From the NCBI RefSeq assembly GCF_001194135.2, contig NC_068989.1, positions 27,467,511 to 27,531,510 on the forward strand: a stretch of DNA of 64,000 nucleotides. The letters are read 5' to 3'. The position numbers were made by a program, and so were the translations under genes. The number at the start of each line of letters is the position of its first letter. Position 1 is the first letter of the stretch. The notes beneath the pieces were generated by a model. The model had not been told where the DNA came from. It saw only the letters and a list, made by a program, of their open reading frames with translations, and ran no database searches. Below, piece by piece: positions 1 to 11,760 of the stretch. Origin of the DNA: Octopus bimaculoides (taxonomy: Eukaryota).

Positions 1-5
1 GCATA

Positions 6-963
6 TCAGATCACCCCATAAGTTCTGTCCGAATTTTGAATAAAGAAAACAAGGGATCAAATGTTATATTTAATTGAAATTTAATCATTAATGTACTTTC
101 CCGGATTATCTATGACTTCCTTCCATCTATTTACAAGCTTTTTAATCCCATCAATGTAAAACTCTTTTGGTTTCAAAGTGAAGACCTCTGAAATGTCAGT
201 TTCGACCTCCTCCTCGCTTGCAAAAGTTAAGTCTCCCAAAGATTCTGTAAACTACGAAACAAATGGTAGTCTGAAGGAGCAATGTCGGGAGAATAAGGTG
301 GCTGACCGTAGACTTGAGCATTGATTTTGCATTAGGTGGTAACAATTCAAAGTGAATTACTCCTTTGCAATCCCACCAGACAGAGAGAAGAACCTTTTTC
401 CCATGAAATTCCCTTCTCGGTTGTGGTTGAGTTTTTTTTTTCCTTTTACTAAGCCACAGTTTACGACGTTTAACGTTTCGAAAGAAGATCAATTTTTCGT
501 CGTCAGTAACAAGTCTATCCAAAAAGGGAGAAATGAGTTCGCGAGAATGGAGAACAGAGCAGATGTCAACTCGGGATTTGCGGTTGCTTTAGAACAATTC
601 ATGAGGCACACATTTTCGAAGTTTAGGAACCTTTCCAAGTTGTTGAAGGGGACGATGAACAGTTGTATGATTTGAACTAAGCTTTATTGCCCATTCTGCA
701 GCTGATAATGCAGGATTTTCTTCAAATAATTCCTCAGGAGCTTATAATCAAACTCAACTGGACGTCCTCTTCGATCTTCATCTTCAACGCTGAAATCTTC
801 ACTTCTGAATTTTGCAAATTGCAAACCATCTTCTGCAAGTTCTTTCATTCAAGCATTCTTTCCCATAAACTGAGTTTATGTTTCGAGTCGCTTCGGCTGC
901 AGAGTTTCCTTTTTTGTACTCATGAAGCATTATGTGCCTCAAATGCTCTGTGGATACTTCCAT
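6..963 (-). mobile_element. Mariner (Mos1-like DD34D) transposase pseudogene, internally deleted, with one terminal repeat
   Basis: ATG at 963 starts MEVSTEHLRHIMLHEYKKGNSAAEATRNINSVYG..ERTCRRWF (Mos1-type HTH). This is followed by LVTDDEK (first catalytic D region), HGKKVLLSVWWDCKGVIHFELL and PPYSPDIAPSDYHLFRSLQ, with a stop at 81-83. The HDNARPH segment is deleted and there are frameshifts. TA plus a TIR-like end lies at 4-33; no 5' TIR was found. Confidence 0.9.
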
Positions 964-1015
964 GTTTGAAAGGGTTTTAATCAAAGAAATTTTAATTCTA
1001 TTAAAACACACACAC

Positions 1016-1064
<49 letters not shown>

Positions 1065-1134
1065 TATAGATATATATATTTTTATACAAATCCACCTCTA
1101 TATATATAATCGAAATAAGAAACAAGGATATCCA

Positions 1135-1270
1135 GAGGTAATGCAGTACAATCGTTTCATGTAACTCCATTTAATTGAACAATGCAATCATTACATCAAT
1201 TTAAAATGCAGAACAATCCTCACCTGCACAAACACATAAAATCTAATTAAATTAGAACAGATGGACAAAT
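1135..1270. repeat. Dispersed ~135-bp repeat, second copy at ~8323-8460
   Basis: taatgcagtacaatcgtttcatgtaactccattt...tttaaaatgcaga aligns by eye with 8323-8460 (taatgcagtacgatcgttttatgcaactccattt...tttaaaatgcaga). Confidence 0.7.
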
Positions 1271-1699
1271 TAGTATAATTATACTTAAAATTTCCAAGAT
1301 GTTAAGGAGATAGACAAAGATCAGGTTATCTCAACGTCAGCATACAATTTCTATATATTCAGCTGAAAAGTTGTCTGCAATGCCAAATCCTGGTTTGCGA
1401 AATTAATTTTCCTTTAAACTTTCATGGATCAAGTGAGATTGCCTCCCTGCAGGGGTTTTTTTTTTTTTCGAAAAAGAAAATACAACTTAACAGAAGACAA
1501 ACTATACGATTACCGTTATACATGAAAAATCGAATTTATAAACATACACATTACGATATAGATAGATAACCATAAAAACATTCCAAGAGGAATGCATCAT
1601 GAAATTATTAAGAATCGTAATATCCCAAAAATACGTGGGGTGGGTGCGATGGTGGATGAATGTTACTAGGAGGATTGGGAACAAAATTTACTAACTTAA

Positions 1700-1915
1700 A
1701 GCAAGATCTGGTAGAATCGTTAGCACCTCGAGCAAAATGCTTTGCAATATTTCGTCCGTCTTTGCATTCTGAGTTCTAATTCCACCGACGTTGACATCGC
1801 CTTTCATCCTTTCGGTGTAGATAAAGTAAGTAGCAGTTTAGCATTGAGTTGATGTAATCAATTTACCTCTCACTTGAGATTGCTGGCCTTGAACCACAAT
1901 TTGAAACCAATATTT
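1700..1915 (+). mobile_element. tRNA-derived SINE, family B (degraded)
   Basis: Contains gttagcacc..aaatgctt..ttctgagttctaattccaccgacgttgac..gcctttcatcctttcgg. Aligns with the copies at 11545, 22960 and 50140. Confidence 0.75.
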
Positions 1916-1999
1916 ACGATCTTATAGTAATTATCACCAACATTAGCTTGTGATGTAAAGAATTTATCCAAAGTTGTTTGTTGTTTCTGATGCATCATA

Positions 2000-3430
2000 A
2001 CTTAGTATAGTTCTGTTCCGGAACTGAGTTCATTGTGACTTTTATGTTACGTTCGCGATTAGTATTAGCGGCAGCAAAAGCCTGCAGGCCTTCCTTTATA
2101 AGTGCCAACTTTTTAACAACAATTTTTTTGTGCTACATTTACGTAGTGGAGCTTGTGTTGTCTTATTTCTATTCTGATCTTGTTCTTTTTCTAACATCAT
2201 CATTTCATCGTTAGATAAACATTCTGTCTGTGACACTAGTCTCTCAGTTTCATCATCTTTTATGACTTCTTCAAATCCTTTATCCTTTATAAGTGTCACA
2301 ATATCTTTTCAAATTTGATGTAGATTTTCTGTTTGAGAAAAACTTTGGATATAGACACGGGTGTACATTTCCAAATACTATTCGAGTTTGATACCGCTAT
2401 ATTATCCACAACATCCATTACGTTGAATTTCTTCCAGGAACCTCTAGCTGTAGGTTTATACTCCTTGTCAATTTCTTTCATATCTTTTTTCAAAGTCCTC
2501 ATAAAATTCACTTTGAAGTTAGCTATCATACCTTGATGCATTGTCTAAATGAAGCAATGTTTTGTTGGAAATAATGTCTGGCATTTTACCTTTCTAGAGG
2601 CAGAAGAAAAAAGAAATTTGTAAACCAAGTGGTTTGGAAAAGCTTGCAGTTATCCATGCCATGTTATTTAAACGCCAAACTACAGAGGTAGATTGAGCTT
2701 TGTGTAACCCATGAAAGCCCTTAAATTTTCGGAGTGATATACGAGTAAGGACTTTAATTTCATATCACTAGCGGCATTTCCCCCTTAGAGAAATGTCAGG
2801 CCATTTTTGGAAGTTTGATATTTTGAGTTTTCTTCTCGAGAACTAAAATTCTTATAGGTGAACGCTTCCAGAACTGTGCAGTTTTATGAACATTGTGTAC
2901 TTGCTCTGGTGTGTAGCCCCCATTCAGTAAAAATTTTCTTCAACTGCCCGGGATAATTAATTGCAGCTTGTGTATCAGCGCTTGCAGCTTCACCAGTCAA
3001 TTTTATGTTGGCACAAATTCGTGCGCTTCTTAAAATTTTCAAACCAGCCTTTACAAGCCAGGAATAATTTTTCATTAGTAACTTCACATTATTTTTACTT
3101 CAAATCGCCATATAAACTTTTAGATTTTTTTTTAAATTACCAACCTGTTTATCGGCACATTACACCAATTTGGATCCTTGATTCATTCACTCAAGAGGCA
3201 TTCCATTTAAAGCATTACATTAGATCTATGGAAAAATAGCTTCTTGAACACTTGATATAATTTTCTCTCTCTTGTCATCAATTGTTTCCAAAGCAGATTT
3301 TGCAAGATTTAATGTTTTGTCAATACAACTTAATTTCTCTCCCGCATCAATTCTTTTTAAAACATCATGCTTAATATCCATGTAATCCCTTTAAGGTTCC
3401 TTTACACACTACGTGACAGCTTCTTTTCAA
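2000..3430 (-). mobile_element. Tigger/pogo-family DDE transposase pseudogene
   Basis: Minus-strand translation across frames gives MDIKHDVLKRIDAGE (psq-like HTH), KGWFENFKKRTN..IKLTGEAASAD, EQVHNVHKTAQFWKR, GGNAASDMKLKSLLVYHSEN, AWITA, LLHLDNA and QGMIANFK. Many stops and one deletion. Ends approximate; TIRs not located. Confidence 0.88.
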
Positions 3431-5499
3431 ACATCATAAATTGAAGGTAACTCTAAAAGCAGAGACGATTAATTATCCACAAAAAATATGTAGTAAAACC
3501 ATTGAGTTCAGGAAGTTGTTTTCTAAGAGCGGAAAATGTTCTTATTCCTATGGATGTAATATTGAAAAAAAGATAAAAAGGTAATAAATGGGGAAGAGAA
3601 AATACTCTACCAAATTTTATAGGCAACTCGCCCCTTGCATTTGTAACAAACTTGGTTGTTTACATCTAACGTCTCGATATGAAACGTTGTACCAAAAATC
3701 ACTGCTGGCTATAGTTTTTATAGAATATGTATAGAAACAACCTTAAAAATAATACTGATATCTATTTTAGCGAGTTAGAGTGAAAAGTCGGTGGGTTGAT
3801 AATGGTGATGATGTGCGTTGCATTGGCTTAGATATTCGTGGTGGTGCGTAGGTATTGTTTGTGGTGGGGGTGAGATGATTGTGGCTGTTTTGTCTCAAGT
3901 TAATTTTTACAGACTTAGGATCAAAGGTATTTCATCCAAATTTTCAAATTCTCTGGGATGAACATTATATATCTTTATTTGAAATGGATTTACTTATATT
4001 CTTCACTCTATATGTCACTGTTGAGTTGATGGTTGTGTTATAGGCTCGAAACTACAGACTCTTTCCATTTTCCCGGAGAGCTAAGCTAATAACCTCTGTT
4101 TGCTTTTCCTTCACATGTCTCTCATATAGTTTTTTTCTTTTTGTTTTTGCGTATCATTTTGCAGCATGTACATATCAGTGTTTTTGTGAAGTACATAATA
4201 TATAATAGTGAAAATTTTGTAGAGATACATTTCCAGACTTTATGCAAATATTTTGCTAAATTATTTTACGCAGCTATAAAAATATTTCTTATCTTCTTAA
4301 AATGTCCATAGTTTCTTTATCTTCATTGCGCATCATAAATAAAATCTTCGACATTATCTTGATTAACGTTTTAAATATCAACATGAAATTAGAGTACACG
4401 ATTAAAAAGAAAGAAGCCAATTCCAAGACGAATTGGAAACATTCATTGAGTTGCATAATTAATTGCTATTTGTATTGGAGTTAGTGTAAGTTAAACCGAG
4501 AATAATTTGTTTTTAATGTCTTCCAATATTCATGTTGACAATAACTAGTGTTAATCCGGTTACCGTCAAAGAGTTGTTTGAATGTTTTTGTGGAACTGTC
4601 ATCAGTGAATTACTGAATGGGTGAAGAAAAGTATGGTCTTCCGTAATTTCTGGGCAAAGAGAACATTTTTGATATTTTAATTTCATCAATATAATCGCCA
4701 TGTAGAATTCCGAAATGTATCTGCAAAATCTCATTACAAAGTAATAATTATTAAGAAAGTTATGAGGAAAGGAAGTGAAGTTATATGTGTGTGTAAGAGA
4801 GAGAATGTGTGTGTATATTTTGTGTGTGTGAGTGTGTGCATATTTACAAATGCCTTAGTTTCTGACCAGCAACTCTTTCGAAAGTTAACACTCTTCTATT
4901 GTTATCGGCGGAAGCGGGTGTTCAATTTGCACGTGTGCTGCAAAAGAGAGACCAGAATACTTCAGGAAAATGATAATATAAAGAGTGTATTAATGATGTC
5001 AGTGGATGTGCGTTCTCACATGAGCACTTTAGCATGTATGTGCTTGTGTTCGTGTATATGTATGTGTCTATATATGGACAAAAGCAGGAATATGAGCGCA
5101 ATAACTAAAAATTTGTTATTTATTTTCCTGTCTATGATATTTGACAGAAAATGTAACTGGAAAATGAACTTCCGCAAAACATTTGAAAACACAATGCTTC
5201 TGCATTGCCTCGATAGCCAACTATTAATTGTTTTTTCTCCATCATTCGTATTTGGTGCATTAGTTTTAGTTCCTTTTCGTTTTTCATTTTAATTATTCTG
5301 CTTTTTTTAATTTTTTTGTCACATTCTAATTTGGAAGACATCTCTTGAGACCAAATTATTACAGAAACAAAAATTCAACAACAGATCAGTGTAAATACAT
5401 ACGAATATATTAAATACAATACAACGAGTAAATTGTACACAAAGAGACAAAGGCTATGTAAAATCTGGCAGGAGAAAATACTCTATGATTAGAGCATAT

Positions 5500-5720
5500 T
5501 GAAAGCCAAAGGAGACTCCACAGGTACCGATGGCCGTCTACATTGTCAGACTTAGAGACATCCAAGCATAAACCTTACCACATCTCTTCTCTTACACTAA
5601 ATCTTCCAATCTTATATCCATATTTGCAATGCCAGATACGTATCTGAATATGTGTACGCAGGCCTGGATAAGGCTTTAAAAAGAAAATCTTGTAGTTACC
5701 CATGCCCTCAAGTTTCCTCC
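5500..5720 (-). pseudogene. Highly decayed L1/Tx1-like RT fragment
   Basis: One minus frame reads LCLDVSKSDNVDGHRYLWSLL, resembling LDQxKAFDRVDHRYL seen in the element at ~40900. Only this one motif is convincing. Confidence 0.35.
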
Positions 5721-5974
5721 CTCCACGCCACCGAATGTATTACATCAGCTTAGTTCACTGCAAATTCCATTGTTTCGGCGTTTAAACTCCATCTCAAATA
5801 CGTACATGCATCACAAATACGTACATACATCCGTCTTGTGAAAGCATTCTCAAGAAATCAGCTGGTGGATTTCTCTTCTAGGAGTGTAAAATAATTACAA
5901 AAGTATAGCATTCTTTCACAGGTAATCTGTCTGCGTTATTTTAAGACGGAAATATCATTGAAAAGAATGTATAC

Positions 5975-6198
5975 TCTCTTTTACTCTTTTACACTTTTAC
6001 TTGTTTCAGATATTTGACTGCGGCCATGCTGGAGCACTACCTTTAGTCGAGCAAATCGACCCCAGGACTTATTCTTTGTAAGCCTAGTACTTATTCTCCC
6101 GGTTACTTTTGCCGAACCGCTAAGTTACGGGGACGTAAATACACCAGCATCGGTTGTCAAGCATCTGTTGGGGGACAAACACAGACACACAAACACGC

Positions 6199-6244
<46 letters not shown>

Positions 6245-6410
6245 GACGGACTTCTTTCAGTTTCCATCTACCAAATCCACTCAAAAGGCTCTGGTCGCCC
6301 CGAGGCTATAGTAGAAGACACTTGCCCAAGGTGCCACGCAGTGGGACTGAACCCGGAGCCATGTGGTTGGTAAGCAAGCTACTTACAACACAGCCACTCC
6401 TACGCCTAGA
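5975..6410 (-). mobile_element. tRNA-derived SINE, family A, near full length with an internal (TA)n
   Basis: Minus-strand head gtggctgtgttgtaagtagcttgcttaccaaccacatggctccgggttcagtccc (A/B-box-like), body ccccgtaacttagcggttcggcaaaag, and a gagtaaaa-type tail. Matches the copy at 38259. Confidence 0.9.
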
Positions 6411-6429
6411 TATAATAATAATAATTGTT

Positions 6430-6570
6430 AAGGACAGCAAATCGGGGAAGTTGTAAAAGCATCGGATAGAATGCCTTATGGTATTTGTTCCGAATTTCTG
6501 AGCTCTGAATTAAGATCACATCGAAGTGAACTTTGTCTTTCGTCCTTTCGGGTCAATGAAATAATGGAGG
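6430..6570 (+). mobile_element. SINE family B fragment (degraded)
   Basis: atgccttatggtatttg..ctgagctctgaatt..gaactttgtctttcgtcctttcggggtc-like sequence aligns with family B. Confidence 0.5.
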
Positions 6571-7119
6571 TAAATTAGTGAAACCATTACACACTCAGGC
6601 AATATAACACTTTCATTATTTGTTCAGACACTTGGCGTTCTGACAGCGAGACTTGATTACATTTGGACCGAGCTGTATGTGCGCCAGACGGTGGCATTTT
6701 CTTTTGATGAAGAATGATGATGAGGCAAGACCGGAAAATTTAGATTAAGGTATGTCTCTCCATCTGTAGAGGATGGCATCTATGAGCCAGTGTGTAGTAC
6801 GATATTTTATTTAAAATATTTACAATATCAACGTGTTTGTAACTGCTACTAAATTTCTGTGTTACTAAGTCACTCTCCCTCGTTAGGCATGTATTTACTC
6901 TTTAATATATGAAGGCGTATACATGTTCGTAAATACCATAAAACTTTAACAATGTCCCATAGAGTCTGATGGTGATACACAAACGTTACTAACCACAAAA
7001 GACGTTACACAACATTTTATACCACCTTCCACCCAGGTCTGATTCAAAATACCTTCCCTCGGTAATTTATAGGCAAAATCACAGAACAATATCTTAAGTT
7101 ACCCTTCTTCATAATAAGT

Positions 7120-7350
7120 CTTTAAGAGATGCAGTTTTTCCAGAGGACATATTCAGCATCTTGGACTCGTTCATATAGGATGAGATTTTGAGAAAAATTT
7201 TCCATTTGAAGTCGTAGCTGGTCTCTTCATCTTTAAGTTTCCAGATTAAAATCGAAATTGTTGTTGAAAGCCTATCATTTCAGTGCCTAAAAGATGGAAG
7301 ATGGTGTTTGTATATGGATTTAAATTTTCCTTCACGACTCATATATAACG
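7120..7350 (-). mobile_element. Penelope-like GIY-YIG endonuclease C-terminal fragment
   Basis: Reads YMSREGKFKSIYKHHLPSFRH*NDRLSTTISILIWKLKDEETSYDFKWKIF..SSY, then C*ICPLEKL after a frameshift. This fits the FKxRYxNHxxSF..T.LS..IWxLK....W.I...CxLCxxEK pattern of marine-invertebrate PLEs. Confidence 0.7.
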
Positions 7351-7409
7351 CTTGCAAAGAGACATTTCCATTTTTACCTCGAAACTTTAAGACGAAGGAA
7401 CCGGCTTTT

Positions 7410-7525
7410 TAAAGGATCAGATTTAAAAGAATTAATACTGGGTCGACTTGCTCGAATAGATCTCTACAAATCGGTGTCCCAGCATAATCACAACCCAAAG
7501 ATTGAAACAAGTAAAAGATAAAAGT
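7410..7525 (+). mobile_element. SINE family A 3' fragment
   Basis: gggtcgacttgctcga..ccagcat..tgaaacaagtaaaagataaaag matches the family A tail. Confidence 0.65.
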
Positions 7526-7565
7526 TAACAGATATTTGGTACACACACACACACACACACACACA

Positions 7566-8033
7566 NNNNNNNNNNNNNNNNNNNNNNNNNNNNNNNNNNN
7601 NNNNNNNNNNNNNNNNNNNNNNNNNNNNNNNNNNNNNNNNNNNNNNNNNNNNNNNNNNNNNNNNNNNNNNNNNNNNNNNNNNNNNNNNNNNNNNNNNNNN
7701 NNNNNNNNNNNNNNNNNNNNNNNNNNNNNNNNNNNNNNNNNNNNNNNNNNNNNNNNNNNNNNNNNNNNNNNNNNNNNNNNNNNNNNNNNNNNNNNNNNNN
7801 NNNNNNNNNNNNNNNNNNNNNNNNNNNNNNNNNNNNNNNNNNNNNNNNNNNNNNNNNNNNNNNNNNNNNNNNNNNNNNNNNNNNNNNNNNNNNNNNNNNN
7901 NNNNNNNNNNNNNNNNNNNNNNNNNNNNNNNNNNNNNNNNNNNNNNNNNNNNNNNNNNNNNNNNNNNNNNNNNNNNNNNNNNNNNNNNNNNNNNNNNNNN
8001 NNNNNNNNNNNNNNNNNNNNNNNNNNNNNNNNN
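7566..8033. other. Assembly gap flanked by (CA)n and (TA)n; other gaps at 8600-8609, 9544-10247, 17367-17760, 34386-34395, 45907-46001, 50416-50710
   Basis: Runs of N, nearly all bordered by microsatellites. Confidence 0.99.
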
Positions 8034-8105
<72 letters not shown>

Positions 8106-8400
8106 TGTATGTATGTATGTATACATACAGGCATATATATATATATATGTATGCGTATGTATATATACATATATAAATATTATATATATATATATATATA
8201 TGAATTAGATTCAGGGTGAATGTGGTTCTTAAGTTTAGGCACCAGAATTAAGTATGGTATTATCCAAACAATTCCAAAATAAGGTGATTAAAATCGAAAT
8301 AAGCAACAAGGGTATTCAAAGTTAATGCAGTACGATCGTTTTATGCAACTCCATTTATTTAAGCAATGTGAACATTACATTAAATTTAAAATGCAGAGTA

Positions 8401-8599
8401 ATCTCAGCTGCACAAAGATATAGAAATTTACTGAAATTTAATTTCAACAGAAGGACATATTGTTGTAACTACAAGTGGAAATGTTTTTTTTTTTTTGTAT
8501 TCTTCCTTTCCACTTGGAGAGTTTAAATGTAGTAACAACAATATGTCCTGTTGAAATGAAATTTCAGTAAATTTCTATATCTTTGTGCAACTGAGGATT
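8401..8599. repeat. Inverted repeat / foldback with ~72-bp arms
   Basis: 8401-8473 is the reverse complement of 8528-8599 with about 3 substitutions and small indels. An inner stem pairs aagtggaaa (8473-8481) with tttccactt (8507-8515). Confidence 0.85.
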
Positions 8600-8737
8600 N
8601 NNNNNNNNNATACATATATATATATATAATATATATGTATATATTATATATATATATAAATACATATATAAATATTATATATATATATATACATATATAC
8701 ATATATAAATATTATATATATATACATATATAAATAT

Positions 8738-8788
<51 letters not shown>

Positions 8789-10247
8789 ACGTGTGTGTCT
8801 GTGTGTGTGTATGTATAAATTCGTGTGTGAGTGCTAGCGTGGATTTGTGTGTGCGTGGTGCTTTCCAGTAAGCACATAGAAACATATTTAAGAATATACG
8901 TAGACATAATGATAGAAATATCTATGAAAAACAAAATGAACAAGAAAAAAAAACTTAACGAAAATCTACATTTATTCAAACAGGGATGACCTGCGAGTAA
9001 ATTATCAGTATAAGTACGAGTAGAAGATTAGTAGAAAGAATGGAGTATTTCTACATAAAACATATGTAAAATTACGAAAGTCACTCGAAATTTTTTATTG
9101 ATTTTGCTGCAAGCACTTAGTATTTCCAACCATATATTTTTTTTTAAATTTTACTCCTTAATTCTGTCGCAGTCACACTTTCGTACTCATTTTGTATCTT
9201 CCTGTATGAGATAACTTTTTTTATTATCTTTAATATTGTTACTTTTACTTTCAATCTTATCATTGAACTGCCATCAAATGCCTGATGTTTGTATAGATGC
9301 AAAACTTTAAACTTCGCATGTAAAGAACAGAATGTGAAAAATCGATAAAATATCTTTGATGCTCTACTAAGGAAATAAAAGGCAATCTGTTTAGTTCCAT
9401 TTAATGCATGAGATAGGTATAGTCTTTGGAACATTTAATGATGATAATCTCTCTCACTCGAACTGTCTCTGCCAATTGTTATCTGTTTACACATATACAT
9501 ACAAACACACATACTCATATATATATATATATATATATATATANNNNNNNNNNNNNNNNNNNNNNNNNNNNNNNNNNNNNNNNNNNNNNNNNNNNNNNNN
9601 NNNNNNNNNNNNNNNNNNNNNNNNNNNNNNNNNNNNNNNNNNNNNNNNNNNNNNNNNNNNNNNNNNNNNNNNNNNNNNNNNNNNNNNNNNNNNNNNNNNN
9701 NNNNNNNNNNNNNNNNNNNNNNNNNNNNNNNNNNNNNNNNNNNNNNNNNNNNNNNNNNNNNNNNNNNNNNNNNNNNNNNNNNNNNNNNNNNNNNNNNNNN
9801 NNNNNNNNNNNNNNNNNNNNNNNNNNNNNNNNNNNNNNNNNNNNNNNNNNNNNNNNNNNNNNNNNNNNNNNNNNNNNNNNNNNNNNNNNNNNNNNNNNNN
9901 NNNNNNNNNNNNNNNNNNNNNNNNNNNNNNNNNNNNNNNNNNNNNNNNNNNNNNNNNNNNNNNNNNNNNNNNNNNNNNNNNNNNNNNNNNNNNNNNNNNN
10001 NNNNNNNNNNNNNNNNNNNNNNNNNNNNNNNNNNNNNNNNNNNNNNNNNNNNNNNNNNNNNNNNNNNNNNNNNNNNNNNNNNNNNNNNNNNNNNNNNNNN
10101 NNNNNNNNNNNNNNNNNNNNNNNNNNNNNNNNNNNNNNNNNNNNNNNNNNNNNNNNNNNNNNNNNNNNNNNNNNNNNNNNNNNNNNNNNNNNNNNNNNNN
10201 NNNNNNNNNNNNNNNNNNNNNNNNNNNNNNNNNNNNNNNNNNNNNNN

Positions 10248-10290
<43 letters not shown>

Positions 10291-10862
10291 ATATTGATAT
10301 TGATATTTGCCATGATTCTCTATTTTTGTTCTCTATCTCCCTTTATATATTTATAACCGACGCATAATTTATTATAAGAAACTAACATTTCAACACACCA
10401 TTACTCTAAATTCCCTTTGACCAAGTATGCACTTTCAGAGATATCCGTATGACTGATAATAGAATACATAACTTTCCTTAACACACCCATTATGCGTAAT
10501 TTTAAAGATTCAGCATATTTATATGCAGTGATATTCTACTAGCGGTTCAAGTTTTTAGGGCTGTGCCTTAATCAATTTTGATGGACAGTATCACTTTTTC
10601 AGAATAATGACCAGTTATATTTTCATGATATGCAGTAACTTGTTAATACTAAGAACAGTCCAAATGAGAGAAATTTTCAACTAAATTCTCCCCAATATCA
10701 TAGTAGAAATATGGAAATAAAAACGAGCGATTAAAATATATTGTACTGGATGCAATCCCACACTGTATAAAATCCCATACTGAACGTTTTCAAAGATGGG
10801 CCAACTCAAATTCGTCCTCTCTCCCAAGACCTAAATCTTATCATACTTCCTTGGTTAATATA

Positions 10863-11416
10863 TTGGGTTGTCCGGAAAGTACGTGCCGATTTATAGTAGC
10901 TTACCTTTCGACTTATTTTAGATGTTTGAGTTCATAAAATAGGATTTGATTACACCTCCATTTAGTGCACAGTTTCAGCTATCTTTTCGTGGAAAAGATA
11001 ACATAATCTGTGTTAATTCTGTAACCCTTTAAAATGAAAGATAAGAAAATTCATTTTCTTTTTCCGTAAAGGGAAAAATACCTCACAAGCAACCAATGAA
11101 ATATGCGCAGTTTAGGGTGATGTTTCTTTATCCGAATGAACTGTACAGAAGCGGCTAGCAAGGTTCCGAGCTGGTGATTTTAGCCTTATTGATAAAGAGC
11201 GATCAGGCAGACTATCCACTACAGATGATGACCAAATCAAGTCGTTAATTTAGAATGACCCACATTGCACAACCCGAGAATTGGCAGAAAGCAATCCGTC
11301 GTTCATGAGCACCTGGTAAAGCTTGGGTACACTAATCGCTACGATGTTTGGGTACCACATGAGTTGAGTGAGAAGAACCTTTTGGAAAATCGGCACGAAC
11401 TTTCCGCACAACCCAA
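10863..11416 (+). mobile_element. Mariner deletion derivative (554 bp) with both 30-bp TIRs and TA TSDs
   Basis: Left TIR ttgggttgtccggaaagtacgtgccgattt (10863-10892) and right TIR at 11387-11416 differ by 2 mismatches. TA lies at 10861-62 and 11417-18. The interior keeps the HTH region through VWVPHELSEKNLL; the catalytic domain is absent. Confidence 0.93.
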
Positions 11417-11544
11417 TACTTTTACCATAAATGTTCATAGAATTGTCATGAAGTATTCCCAAACTCCATTTTCTCTGTTTGTGGGTAAGGTAATCACAAA
11501 GCTATTAACCTGTTAGCCGTTTCAAAGCATTAAAATAAAGCATA

Positions 11545-11760
11545 TTCTTTTCTACTCTAGGCACAAAGCCCGAAATGTTGGGGAACGGGGCCTAGTCGAT
11601 TAGATCGACCCCAACACGCATCTGGTACTTAATTTATCGACCCCGAAAGAAAGAAAGGCAGAGTCGACCTCGGCGGAATTTGAACTCTGAGCGTAGAGAC
11701 AAACAAAATACCGCTAACCATTTCACCCGGCAAGCAATCGTTTCTGCCAGCTCGCCACCC
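11545..11760 (-). mobile_element. tRNA-derived SINE, family B
   Basis: Minus-strand head ggcgagctggcagaaacg..gagttcaaattccgccgaggtcgac, body tttcggggtcgataaattaagtaccag. Confidence 0.9.

Noticed and set aside
4595-4610. Other CTGATGA hits (4600 minus, 18840, 31830 minus, 55484, 57197 minus) and ctgatcgacgaaac at ~37012
   Set aside because: They lack a stem II followed by GAAA, or a pairing stem III/NUH.
4300-4740. Possible hAT transposase C-terminus (..EYWKTLKTNYSR, LNQDNVEDFIY)
   Set aside because: The resemblance is too weak and fragmentary to support a call.
7409-10367. Long ORFs in the track containing X runs and YI/HT/CV/ER repeats (also 17205, 32074, 43665, 50327, 60542 and others)
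   Set aside because: They are translations of N-gaps and microsatellites, with no evidence of coding.
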